Assembly (NCBI GenBank): GCA_951406725.2 | Contig: OX597814.1 | Coordinates: forward strand, 81,964,001 to 82,028,000 | DNA length: 64,000 bases | Reading direction: 5' to 3' | DNA from: Octopus vulgaris | Lineage: Eukaryota | Part shown: in pieces, positions 1 through 13,111 of the stretch | Layout of the letters: every line of letters begins with the position of its first letter | Position numbering within the stretch: the stretch's first letter is position 1 | Translations under genes and position numbers: made by a program | Notes under the pieces: generated by a model | Database searches by the model: none | The model's input: the letters and a program-made list of their open reading frames with translations, nothing else | What the model was told of the DNA's origin: nothing

Positions 1-98
1 GGCCCCGTGTTTCTCGAGCCGTGTCTGTAGAGCTTATCCCGAACGGGTAGCGCTTCTCGGTAGCACTGCCAGGCCAGGGATCTCTGGAAGTTGTCCAG
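1..98 (-). mobile_element. L1/Tx1-clade LINE fragment, zf-RVT region (runs off window)
   Basis: Minus strand translates LDNFQRSLAWQCYREALPVRDKLYRHGSRNTG, matching the W..LP...L..G pattern that precedes the C-terminal zinc knuckle of L1/Tx1 ORF2; GC-rich relative to surroundings. Confidence 0.65.
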
Positions 99-163
99 AT
101 AGATAGATAGATAGATAGATAGGCAGACAGACTGATAGACAGATATACACGCATATTTATATA

Positions 164-235
<72 letters not shown>

Positions 236-445
236 ACAGTAAGATAAGATAGATAGGAAGATAGAAAAGGAAAAATACAAGAGATGGCATAAAGAAAGTT
301 AAAAAGGAAACGAAAAAGGCGGATGGGAAGAAAAGACAGGCAGGAAAGAAGAAGAAGAAAGAAGAAATATAAACAGAAAAGAAAAAAAAAGAGATGAAGA
401 AGGAAAAGGAACAATGAAGGAAGAAAGACAAAGAAAGAGAGATAT
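98..445. repeat. (GATA)n microsatellites followed by purine-rich tract
   Basis: Directly visible; source of ORF 157..414. Confidence 0.95.
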
Positions 446-605
446 CAATAGAATGTCATTAAGATGTTTGTTGTTGTCAGTAAGTTAAGTTGATGGTGCT
501 GCAGCTGTCATGTCTTGTGAGGTGATCACTTCACATTGTGGAGGGTTTGGTTTGATGGGATCACACTTGGCACAGTTAACAACAATAACAACGATATTAA
601 CAGAA

Positions 606-654
606 GTTATCATCACCATTGCCGTCATCGTCCTCGGCGTCGTCGACGTCGTCG

Positions 655-693
<39 letters not shown>

Positions 694-732
694 ACAGCAA
701 CAACGACAACAACAACAACAGCATCAACAACG
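606..732. repeat. Compound trinucleotide repeat (CGT/CAT/CAA)
   Basis: Directly visible; explains the poly-H/Q/S/I/M ORFs. Confidence 0.95.
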
Positions 733-870
733 AAAGTAACAACAGTTACTGTATCACCGGTGTATATGGTGGGAGGGGTGACGATGAGTGTTGATGATTG
801 TTGTTTAATCCTAGGTCAGCCCTAACTGAGCAGAACTATGAGCAAAAGTTCTCTAACCGTAACCAATCCA

Positions 871-911
<41 letters not shown>

Positions 912-1255
912 AAGCTTGCTTCCCAATATATATAAAATACAAAAACGGGACAAGAACACAAAACATCCAGACAGTTAGGTGATACAAAAAAGGACAACAA
1001 AACATCCAGACAGACGACACAAAGAAAACAAGGACGGGTCATTCAGAGTTTTCTTTCCTCAGTCGAGTTCCAGATTGTCTTTGCAATTTCGGCTGGTTAT
1101 ACTCGAGATTGCTCCAATCTGGCCAGCTCCAAGGAAAAACTAAGCCAAGACCACAGGAGTCTTTGAAAGAAAGCAGCAAATGTATACAAAAACAAGGGCG
1201 AAAAATAACCGGAGAAATGGTACACAAATACAAAGAACAGGAAATTAACAACATT

Positions 1256-2313
1256 CTTTATTTTTATTTATTTTAATTTATCTAGTTTCAGCTCACGAGC
1301 TGTGTCCATACTGGGGTACCGCCATTTGCTGTTGCTACATGATTTTACTTCACGAATGCCTTTCAGGAATTGACATTTGGTGCATGAGAGAGTTTGACAC
1401 AGCTGCCCTCATCTGCACCTCCTGCCGCAAGGTTGGTTCATCTGGGACACTTCACAGGAAGAGGCCCAGCTTTATTTTGAAGACACTGACATCCACCCCA
1501 TGCAGGTCTCTTAGGTCCTTCGGGAGGATATTGAAGAGCTGTGGATCTCTGAAGCCCAGGCTATTGCAGTATCTTGTCCTACATCTTGATGGCAAATTTG
1601 GAGTCCTTGGCACTATGCAGTGACGCCCAGTTCTAGTAGTTGTGTAACTCTCGATGCCAAAGTTTGGGACAAGTCCTTCCAGGATCTTTCAGATGTATAT
1701 TATTGCATATCTTTCTCGCCTACGCTCTAAGGAATAGAGTCTTAATCTCTTGAGTCTTTCCCAATAGCTTATATGCTGCATAGAAGCTATCACCTTCGTA
1801 TAGCTTCGTTGGATTGCCTCAAGTTCTGGGGTTAATTTAACACTGGTTGTTGACCATAGCTGAGAGCAATAGTCAAAGTGGCTTAGGACAAGTGTCCTCC
1901 AGAGGACCGTCATGGTTTCCTGGTCTCTTGTTCTAAAAGTTCTAAGAAACCATCCGGACAGCCTCCAGCATTTCGTTGCCAATTTAGCAACATGTACATG
2001 AAAGGATGCATCATTACTCATGTAAATGCCCAGGTCTCGCACTGACTGTGCCTCTGGGATTACGATCCCTCCAGGTCCAGTGTATTTATTGGGTATTGCA
2101 TTTAGTTTTGCATGCTGATAGCACAAGGCTTGAAACTTTTCAGCATTAAACTGCATGCTATTCTTTTCAGCCCACTTGAATATTTCATCCAGCTCACATT
2201 GCAGGTGCATGTATTACCTGTGAAATTTTTGTATCATCTGCATAACTTGTGATCATGGCTCTCTGTGTGGTTGAGGGCATGTCTGAGAGGGCCATTATGA
2301 ACAGTAGTGGTCC
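1256..2313 (-). mobile_element. 5'-truncated CR1/L2-like LINE, degenerate RT C-terminus plus 3' tail
   Basis: GPLLFIMALSD..SYADDTK (YADD) at 2313-2225; ORF 1689..2210 with VRDLGI, DYCSQLWS, YWERLKRLRLYSLERRRER; continues to SNSL motif; ends in stem-loop and TAAA-rich tail near 1256-1320. Confidence 0.9.
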
Positions 2314-3132
2314 ATATTATTATTTAAAATAGTTTGATTCGGTACAATGTGACTTAAAGTTTTGCAGGCTTCTAACAGAGATTACCGAATGAAGAAACAC
2401 AGAAAGTTCCAGATGGCTATTAGAAAACGGGCTGCTATTAGTCAAGGCGGGTCACATGGTGCTTTTAGAAGTGAGATCAACATTCCAGCGACATCAGATG
2501 CATTAGAAAGACGAATTGGACAGAAAGCTGCTGAATATGTGTGTGTGTATGCGTGTGTGTGTGGTGCCTATAGCGACATGTATATACACATACTCATATA
2601 TAGTGCTTAGGACACGTTTGAGTGTTAAAGTAGTCATAATTTTGTGTCTGCGTGTATATACGTATCTAACTCTGCGGTATGTCTTCTGTCTAGTGGGCCT
2701 GTGTATTTGTTCATAGAGAGAGAAACAAGACTAGCGAGTGTGTGTGAGTGTACGTGAATGTAGGTGTGTTATTGGCTACATACACACACACGCACACATA
2801 CACACACACACGCATATGCATATGGGAACAAACACACACGTACTTATACATACGCAATAAGTGATTAGAAAGGATAAAAAGAAAATAATTATTAAAAATG
2901 AAGCAACTTCAGTTAAGAGCAAAAGTAATCGCATATCGCATACAGGAACATTATTATTAACGCTCCAGTGTTTAAGGTTTTAGGCAGCAATGTTTACAAT
3001 TTGAGCTATGTTGGCCATTATAATTTTCATGTACTGTCGGTGTACAGCCTTAGTATTTCTAGCCTACCTCTTGCACTGCGCTTGCTCTTTTCTCCTCTAT
3101 CATTATGTATGTATACACATATGTGCGTGAAC

Positions 3133-3215
<83 letters not shown>

Positions 3216-3288
3216 GTATATAGACACATCAACGTTTCCTTACGAACACACACGCGCGCGCACACACACAGACACACACTCACACACG

Positions 3289-3323
<35 letters not shown>

Positions 3324-3455
3324 AGATAGTTGTGCACTTATAATCTTTAGCTAAGAATTTCTTGAGTTAGATTAGTTATGTAGAATATTCTTCAATATAA
3401 GTGCCAGTCTCTAATTCATGCTTTTGCATACACCCAGACGTACACACACACACAA

Positions 3456-3531
<76 letters not shown>

Positions 3532-3649
3532 TTATACGAAGCTGTTTTGCCAAATAGAAAAAAACATATCTAAGTGTGTGTGCGCGTGTATGCTTATGAA
3601 TTTGTGTATATGTGCGCGGGTGTTTGTGTTCCTGTGCATTTGTTCACAC

Positions 3650-3682
<33 letters not shown>

Positions 3683-3825
3683 ACTTTAAATTCTTATATG
3701 AAATTATAATGAATACCCGCGAATTCACTACTCACACTGATATGTAGCTTTTAATTCAAACTTCTTCCTCTCTAAAATACGTTTGCGCCTACGTAAATAT
3801 ATGTATACCTTGTTGTGCCACTATT

Positions 3826-3864
<39 letters not shown>

Positions 3865-4011
3865 AAAATGGAGGAACAAATTCATTTCGATCATCAACTT
3901 ACGGATATTCCAATTTCATATTATTTATTAATTATACAAATAATTCACCAGCAGTATATTGGATAACTGATATCCCATAGTGGGTTACCCTCATAACCCC
4001 TATCTTACTTT

Positions 4012-4071
<60 letters not shown>

Positions 4072-4149
4072 CATACATGTATACACACATATATATATAT
4101 GTATACACACATATTATATATATATATATATATATATATACTTACATAT

Positions 4150-4620
4150 ACATGCATATATGGGTACAGGACGTCACCAACAGTAAACGACATGAAGTAT
4201 GAAAGCAAATGAGTTCAATCAGGAATGTCCTAAGGACTGGAAGGCTTCTATCTTTTCTCTTACCAAAGGAGATATTTCTCAACCGTTCGCTATTTTACCC
4301 TCGTTCTGGTCTAACGACCCTCCATGTTTGTTTACGTTCGGTTTTCCTGTATGTCTCCACTGTCCTGTTTTTGTTCCCAACTTTGACCCTCCATAAATCC
4401 AATATCTTATTTGGCATTTATGGGACCAACTGTCTTCGAAGACTCATATTCTCGTTCAATGCTCGAAATGAGGACTAGACAGCCGACAACTGATGAAAGG
4501 TCGTTTTTTGTGTTACTTGTCCTGTTTTCCATTTGTTTCGTTGTTTGCGTATTTAACTAATTTGTTTTCGTATTTCATATTGTTTACTGTTGGTGTCGTC
4601 CTGTGCCAATATATGCATAT
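4150..4620. mobile_element. Fold-back non-coding element with ~65-bp imperfect terminal inverted repeats in (TA)n
   Basis: Start tacaggacgtcaccaacagtaaacgacatgaagtatgaaagcaaatgagtt is the reverse complement of the end aactaatttgttttcgtatttcatattgtttactgttggtgtcgtcctgtg. Confidence 0.6.
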
Positions 4621-4621
4621 A

Positions 4622-5159
4622 CTAGCTGACATAACCGGTAATTCCCGCGAAAGCGGGACTTATCCCTTGGTCCCGTTCTCATAATTGTTTCGCTAATCCA
4701 GTAATAACAATACAAATTTTATAGTACTTAAAAAGGATTTTGTGCATTTATTAAGAATACCGAACTATCTGACACAGGATCTTGTTTTTAGGAGTTCCCA
4801 ATAAGTTATGAATACCCACATTGTGAAGTCAGTTATGTAATAACATACAATTAATTACCTGATAGTAAGAAATGAAATAAAGTGAAGGTGCTTTGGGTTA
4901 TTTCCTTTGAGTATTTAAAAATATTATGCAGGTGCTATGCGTTATTTCCCTTGGCTGTTTAAAAAAATTACTTACATGATGTTGATATAAAGATCCCTTC
5001 TAGGGGCCGTATTATCGATTTTTTCAACAATCTTAGCATGTCACGACGTTTCCAGACATCAGTTCTACTCACGTATCAAGTTTCATCAAGATCAATAAAA
5101 CAATGTAAGAGGAGTTAGCTAACAATGCCACAAACACACACTGATTTTCCAGATATGTA

Positions 5160-5160
<1 letters not shown>
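4622..5160 (-). mobile_element. Non-autonomous Helitron-like element
   Basis: Minus-strand 3' end has cccgctttcgcggg hairpin then CTAG at 4622-4625; the first ~250 bp are clearly homologous to 34370-34620; 5' TC terminus not clean. Confidence 0.65.
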
Positions 5161-5204
<44 letters not shown>

Positions 5205-5496
5205 ATATGTATATATATATATATATGTATATGTATATATACATACATATATATACATACTATATATATGAAATATATACGTATATATATATATATATAT
5301 ATATATCTTTATATATATAATATGTGTATATATATATGTATATATATATATATATATATCTTTATATATATAATATGTGTATATATATATGTATATGTAT
5401 ATATACATACATACATATATATATACATATTATATATATATATAATATATACGTTAGCTAACAACGCCACAAACACACTGATTTTCCAGATATGTA

Positions 5497-5541
<45 letters not shown>

Positions 5542-5611
5542 GTATATATATATATATGTATATGTATATATACATACATATATATACATACTATATATAT
5601 GAAATATATAC

Positions 5612-5657
<46 letters not shown>

Positions 5658-6089
5658 GTCTCTCTCTCTCTCTCTGTGTATGTACATATATATATACAGA
5701 GAGAGAGAGAGAGAGAGACGTATATATACATACGTCTGTGTGTATATATATATATATATATATTTCAGCATGGACTATACGGGTATGTGCTGATGTACGG
5801 GGAGTGTGTTAGTATCTGTGTAAAAAAAATATGCTCATTCAAAATATGTGTCATACTTATACTTATTAGGAACCACGAAAGGAGAAAGAAAGAAAATAAA
5901 TATAATAATGTATTTTATCAAAAGAAAAGAATAGAGATAATGAAAAATAATTAACGTTCTAGGAAATACAAGGACAAAGCCGAATTCCTTTAGTGACAAT
6001 AAGATTTGACTGAGCTCCTCCATATAAACCTATTAGTGTATTTGCACTTGCTATAAAAAGAAAAAATATTTAGCATTGAAGCTACTCTT

Positions 6090-7410
6090 GTGGTATATAG
6101 AGGCATGCCATGTGGTTGAGAAGTTCTCATTATGAGAACTCTGTTTCGATTCCAATGCATGACATCATATGTATGACATAAGCTAGTGGTTCTTTTATCG
6201 GCAATCCAGTACTACGCCAACAAACATTATTGGCAGAATCCTTGCTGGGAAAAATACGATATAGTATTTGTTCTGTCTCGACATTCTGAGTTCAAATCCT
6301 GAAGAGAGCAACTTTGTTTATCATCTTTTCGGGTCAGATATTTTAAAGTACCAGTCAAATACTGGGGTCGATGGTGCCGATCAATTCATTTCCCTCAAGC
6401 TATTGGGCTTGGGCCTAAATCAGAAATCATTATTTATGTTAAAGGCAATGACGCCGAGCATGCAGAACCGTTAGCATGCCAAGTAATGCTTAGCTGCACT
6501 TCGTCTGTCATTAAGTTCTGAGTTCAAGTTCCATCGAGGTTGGCTTTGCCTTTCATCCTTTTGTGGTCGATAAAATAAGTACCAGTCAAGTACTGGGGAC
6601 GATGTAATCGATTTTCCTATCCCCTCAAAAACTGCTGGTCCTGTACTAAAATTTGAAATTATTATTTATCTTAAAGACAAAGTGGTGGATTTGTAGAATT
6701 GTTAGAGTATGTGGGAAAAAAATACTGTCTTGTATTTATTGCGACTCCTTACATTTTAAAATCAATTCCTGCCTTGGTCAACTTTGCTTCTATCCGTCGT
6801 GTTCAATTAAATTTCAGCCCCTTGCCTATATTGAATTTTGGTACAAGACCAGCAACTTTGGGGAAGGGATAAGTCGATTCCATCGACCCCAGTGCTCAAA
6901 TGGTAGTTATTTTATCGACTCCGAAAGGGATGACAGGCAAAGTCGATCTCGGTGGAATTTAAACTCAGGAAGTAGAGACAAACGAAATGCCGCAAGGTAT
7001 TTTGTTCGGCGTGCTAATGATTCTGTCACTCGCCACCTTACTTTTTTTTTTTTTTATATTAGAAACATTTATTGTACACACAGGTTGATGGATCGACAGA
7101 ATCGAACAAAATGCATTGCAGTTTCTCTTCCGGATTTTATGTTCTGTGTTCAAATCCCGTCAAGGTCAATTTTGCCTTTCATATTTTCGTGGTCAATAAA
7201 ACACGAGTTAAATATTTGGATTGATTCAATCGACTAACACTTTCTCTTATGTTTCAGGTTTTGTAATCAAAGGGTGATAGAACTGCAGAGCCGTTAGAGC
7301 GTTGGATAAAATGCTTTGCGTATTTATGTCGATTCTTTGTGTTCTGAATTCAAATCCCACCTAAGTCAGCTTGGCCTTTCATCATTTCGATACTAATAAA
7401 ATAAAGCACC
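6090..7410. mobile_element. Cluster of degenerate tRNA-derived SINE copies in both orientations
   Basis: Repeated gttctgagttcaaat (B-box-like) plus gtcgactttgcctttcatcc..ggtcgataaaataagtaccag core at ~6270, 6510, 6890 (minus), 7140, 7340. Confidence 0.8.
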
Positions 7411-7941
7411 CAAGACCTATTGAAACAACTTACGCCTCTCACCAAGTTTTTGGCATTGTGCTTATCTAGGAAGCAATAATTTATCTTAAGCTCACAATGC
7501 TTGAACAAGGAAGAAACTGTTGCGTTTTGAAACCTGCCCAACATAAAAACAACAACCGAAATTAAATCTCATTCCACTACTTTTTGAATTGAAATCCCTT
7601 CTGGAGACCGATTTATCGTTTTCTCTTGGCGAGTTTGCGAAAAATTGTTTCTGATTTGAGCACAAAGCCATCAAATTTGAAGAGAAGGGAATGATCTATA
7701 TTATTTTACCCCAGTACTTGGAAACTCTTCGAAGGAGTTTAAACTCAGAACGTAAAAGGAAAGGAAAAGAGAAGCAGAACAAATACGGTAACGCATTGTT
7801 CGGTGCTTTAACGAGTCTGCCAGCTCACTGCCTACTGAGGCTGTACCATTATGTAAAGCTAAGCATGAATTCATTGTATTTGTTCCGGCTCTGTTTGCCC
7901 CGATTTGAAGTCCCGCCGGAGATTCTAGTTCTGAAATCGAT

Positions 7942-7978
<37 letters not shown>

Positions 7979-8214
7979 ATCTGTAATTTTAAGGTTCGGT
8001 CTTGTCAGATTTTGTCTCAATAACTTTGTTTGACAGTTGCGTTAAGGGTAACTTACTAGTGGAATACTCACCTGCTTTTACGTTGATTTTACAAGTACGA
8101 ATTTAAAGAGCCGAACGACTGAATGAATGCTCACGGACAAAGAAGCCATAACTAACTGGGGTCATTGATGTAAACGGTTCCATCGTTTTGTCAACTAAGT
8201 GACACCCTGTAATA

Positions 8215-8493
8215 ATCTTGCTTCAGTCATTGGAACGCGGTCATGATGGGGAACCGCTTTGAAAGGTTTAACCAAACAAATCGACCCCAGAATTTATTTT
8301 TTTAAACTTTATCACATTGCATTTTTTCAAAACTTTTTTCTTCTGCCACTTTTCTTAATTACATGGGGGAAAACTCATACAGTGACATGATGCACCTACA
8401 GTGTGCTAAAGGTTAATCTGGTATTTATTCTATCGGTCTGTTTACGTGGATGTAAGCATACTAACACCGGTTCTCAAGTGACGGTGGGAGACA

Positions 8494-8532
<39 letters not shown>

Positions 8533-8638
8533 GAAGGTTTGAAAATACAATTTTAAAAGATGTTTATTTTAAAATTGCATTTTCAAACCTTCTTTCATAT
8601 ATAATTCCACTCGTGCGGTACCTTACAACTCCACTTTG

Positions 8639-8682
<44 letters not shown>

Positions 8683-8820
8683 GACGGGCTTCATTCACAA
8701 GGCATTGGTTGATTCGAGGTTATAGTATAATCTATTTGCCCATAGTACTACGTAGTGAAATTGAACCCGAAATCACGTGGTTGCAAAGCGGGCTTCTTAA
8801 CCACACAACCATACTTGCAC
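8215..8820 (-). mobile_element. tRNA-derived SINE with internal (TA)n, interrupted by a hairpin insert
   Basis: Homologous to 52883-53297; head gtgtggttaagaagcccgct..gatttcgggttcaatttcact. Confidence 0.7.
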
Positions 8821-9092
8821 CTATAAAGTAAGAAATAATTATTTTCTTTGAAGACCTTTTAAGTAAAAGCTCAATATATTCATTGGGTAGCTTTATTAAA
8901 ATTTTGTTTAGGGGCATGAGGCAAGCGAAGAAGCGAAAAATCTATGATTTATTTCTTTCCGCAATCAACTTATCACTCTTGTGAACAATTAAACGATGGC
9001 AGCCAACGATGGTAATTTGAACGGATAAGCGAAGGTCCTGGGATGAACGATAAAAAGCACAATTAATTGTCGTAAATCTACATTTGAATTCA

Positions 9093-9137
<45 letters not shown>

Positions 9138-11280
9138 ACTAGCTCAACAATTGGACAATTGTGCACTTTAAAAATGGCTGAAAACTCGACCCCACCCCCG
9201 TAGTATCTGACTTTCAATTTGTTTTGAAATTTTAATTCTATTATTGTTTAATCAGAAGAGGAAAAGTAATGCTCATAACACCCTTTTCAGTAGTTCTGAA
9301 ACGGCAGGTGGGAGTGGGAATATTGTCTTTAAACCGAAGACCTGGCTCGAATATTTGCAACAAAATGGCCATTAAAAGTTAAAGGGAATAAGTGCTTTTA
9401 CTTATTCGAACCATCGCGCCAGTGGCTGATGCTCTGACGCACTGTCAGCCAAACCAGCTGTGACCACATAAAATCTTTACATGCGTTCATATCAAGACAC
9501 CAGGGCGTGTAAACAATGTCGAAGGAGGAGTATTCAAGAGTCAACAAAACCATTGTGTGCAACGTTCACATATATATAATTTCATCTTGTTTTATTGGTT
9601 TATTTTGTTGTTAATTTATTTATTCTGTTTTATTTTGTCTATTAAGTTTACTTTTTTTTAAAAAGAAGTTATTGACATATTTCACTTTACTTTTGCCATC
9701 CTTTTGTTTGCCTTCATGTGTTCTATGTATGCGTTTATTTGCTTTATTCCTTTTTGTTTTCTTTTCTCAGTGTATCCCCTGCTGGGTTTAGTGACTTTCG
9801 AGATCCTCAACAATGTTCATAAATAATTGATATAAATAAGAAAAGAAAATAAAAGAAAAGAAATGAGAAAATGAAAACATCAGCAACAACAACAATCTCC
9901 ATTTTCAGTAATAGTTCAAGAAATGACACAAATATTTTGTAATTTTTGTTTGTTTTGCTATTTCTATTCTAATTTCAATATTTTTGCTGTTTATTATTTC
10001 TTTCTACTTTGCTTTTTAAAAGAATAATTAAAAGAATAATAAAACTACAGGAATAAATAGTAGATAAATAAAAGCCAAAACTAAAAAAAATCACATCTAT
10101 TACTTTTAGACAATGGCTTAAAAGTCTGAAACACATTAAGTAAATGCAAAAAAAATTCATTGTTTTATTCACACTCAAACTGTAGTGTAGTCCTACCAAG
10201 AAAATTATTTTTTAGGAATCTAAATGAGAGGCCCGAGAAAGATTGTTACATTGATGAAAGAGATAAAAGACACCCCAGCCGACCTAAGAGGTGCAGATAC
10301 CTGGATGCAGCATAATCACGTCAAACTGGTAAATGAAAATGTTACGTTGGGTGTCACTGTTAATGTCATTTCTATTGAGTATGTTGAATCAAATAATTTC
10401 TCTTTTCTTTCCCTCGTCTCTTTGTCTCTCCCCGGACTGTTGACCAAGAGGTAATTCGTAGTAAGAAGAGTAAGTGAAGAGAATTGCTTTAAATGGGAAG
10501 AATCCAATATGTGCTGAGGATTCGGCTTGCCATGAGCATTGAAAGTGGCTTGCGTAAACTTATTGTTGTTTAGCTTCTGAACAATTCTGAGGGCCTGGTC
10601 TAGAAATGTATCATCCAATATATCCTTCCATTTTCTTAAGACGGTTGGGGTGATTTGAGAAAGATTTGGCTGCTGTTTCTACTATCTACAGTAGTGGTTC
10701 TTAACCTTTTTACTACCACGCGTCCATTAGGAATTTGTCCTTCTCTCCATTCCCCTTGCATCTATGAATAAAATCCACCCCCCCACCAGATTTAAAATAA
10801 AATCTAAAATATGTTTTTAGTCATTTTATTGAATATGAATTAGTCACATTATACATTCTAGCTTTCTTTAAACAGACAATAATATATTCTGTGGCCACTT
10901 CAACGACTTTCTATTTCTTGTGTGTCTTCTTGTCCTGTCTATTCCATTTTACTTATTCGACCAAAATTGCACATTTTGGTCGACACGATGGAAAATCAGA
11001 GTCATCATCATCATCATCATTATCGTCATTGTCTACACCCACTTGACTAGCGAAATATATCTAGCCTGCCATGTACTTTTGTATAAACATGCTGTACAAC
11101 AAGTGCTAGTGCTGAAGGACACGAAACTGATATTTATTGCTGTTACTTATTTCTCTCTTCTGCAATGTTCTGTGGCAGTGACGTCATCATTGTGGGCAGT
11201 GTACCACGTGATACCTACAGGAAAGACTAACTGTACTTTCACTTACAGTAAGTCACAGAAATCAGTTTTATCTGTATGCG

Positions 11281-11317
<37 letters not shown>

Positions 11318-11737
11318 CACATACACACATATGCATAGATATGAAAGGTACACATACATTTATATAGGTATATACACATTGGCACGCAGGCACACAGGCA
11401 CATACAATTATGAGTACTCAAACATATCTAAGAACTATATATGTGTATATACATGCAGCTACAGGCAACACACACACACGCACACACACACGCATACACA
11501 CACGCATACAAACACACACGCATACATAACACACACGTAGACACACTCGCAGACACACACACATACATATTCAACCGTGAGTTAGGAAAATAACACAAGT
11601 GGGTTATTGGTGTGAATTTAGAGAATTCGAGAAAGAGGTAAACTATTGCATGACATACGCATACTATTCTTTATGAATTGAAATTTTCCTCTTAGTTGGA
11701 GAAAGGAAACAAAAAACGTAGTGGCAATTGTTAGTGA

Positions 11738-11950
11738 CGGTGAGTCGGTAGAATCGTTAGCACGCCAGACAAAATTCTAAAAGGTGCTTCTTCCTGTTTT
11801 ACTTTCTAAGTTCAAATTCTGCCGAGGTCGACTTTGCTTTTCATTCTTTCCAGTTCGATGAATTAAGTACCAGTTACGCACTAAGGTCGATGTAATCGTC
11901 AAGTCCCTCCTACTAATTTCAGGCCTCGTGCCTGTATTAGAAACGATTGT
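11738..11950 (+). mobile_element. tRNA-derived SINE (short family)
   Basis: ggtagaatcgttagcacgcc..gttcaaattctgccgaggtcgactttgc core and gcctcgtgcctgtattagaaa tail. Confidence 0.8.
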
Positions 11951-12784
11951 AAGAGGACTCATGCATGTGTAGAGACGACCGTGCGTAAAGGAGATGGTGA
12001 CTGAATGTCTCCTTTTAAACGCCGCGCGGTCGCCTTACAAAAGAAGCCAAAATAAGCGCCAAAAGGAATAAAGAGAGGAACATGGCTGTCTCGATGGAAC
12101 TAGCTGGTCTGTCGCTAGATGATCTGTGGTCAATATTTGAGGACCAAAGACCCAAATGGCTGTCGTGACTAGCCTTATAAAGACATTAGTGGGCTCCAGA
12201 CAAGAACCTAGAAGACTGGGTCACGGGATTTTATCGGAAGGCTGTGATTGGTTGGTTTACACATTGGCGCGAAATAAAGCAAGAGATAAAACTGCCCCAA
12301 AACCAACCAATCAGGGCAGCGGACACAACTGGTCCTAAGCATCCGAAGGATGGCTGCTATCTGCTATGACGTTATTTGTATGATATCTTTCAAGCAGTGA
12401 GTATACCACCGAGGTACGCTATACATGTATGATGGTAGTTTCTCGTAGTCCAAGAACGACGCTTCTGCAGTTTCTTGCTGAACAATAGAATGATTTGTTT
12501 ATAGTGATTTGTACATTAGCTCACTCCCTCCAACAAATCGATGCAGCCTGAATCGTGATTGTAGAGCAACGTAAGACGAAGTGAATTGCTCAAGAACTCA
12601 ACGAACAACTCGGTCCAGGAATTGAAACCCCTATCTTGCGATTATGAGTGCAACACTCTAACCACTAGGTCATATAGCCTCACACGTGCATACGTACATA
12701 TGTACATACATATATACCCACATATATAATATATGCGAGCGTAAAAAAATAATATGCACTCAATACAAAAAGTAAAATAAATAT

Positions 12785-12975
12785 TGATTTCAAATTTTGG
12801 CACAAAAGTAAGTCGATTACATCGATCCCTGTGCTCAACTTGTTCTTATTTTATCGACCCCGAAAGATAAAAGGCAAAATCGACCTCGGCGAAATTTGAA
12901 TTCAGAACTTAAAGATGGACGAAATGCCGCTAAGCATTTTGCACGGCGTGCTAACGATTCTGCTAGCTCTCCGCG
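12785..12975 (-). mobile_element. tRNA-derived SINE (short family)
   Basis: Reverse complement of the same head, core and tail. Confidence 0.8.
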
Positions 12976-13060
12976 TTCGCCTTTTAAGCAGAAAAAATAT
13001 TAACGACTGCAATTAAGGCTTCGATGTTGCACAGTTGTTACTAGAAGTTTCGTGTTACTA

Positions 13061-13111
<51 letters not shown>

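Noticed and set aside
1035-1110. Hammerhead on the minus strand (CTGAGGA..GAAT..GTC)
   Set aside because: GAAA not intact and no stem I; probably a related repeat but unsupported
4455-4510. CTGATGA with upstream GAAA as a type II hammerhead
   Set aside because: Could not build stems I and III
10215-10618. Possible exon or ORFs 10224..10454 and 10316..10618
   Set aside because: Splice-like sites exist but there is no homology cue or partner exon; the minus ORF begins inside a dispersed repeat seen elsewhere in the window
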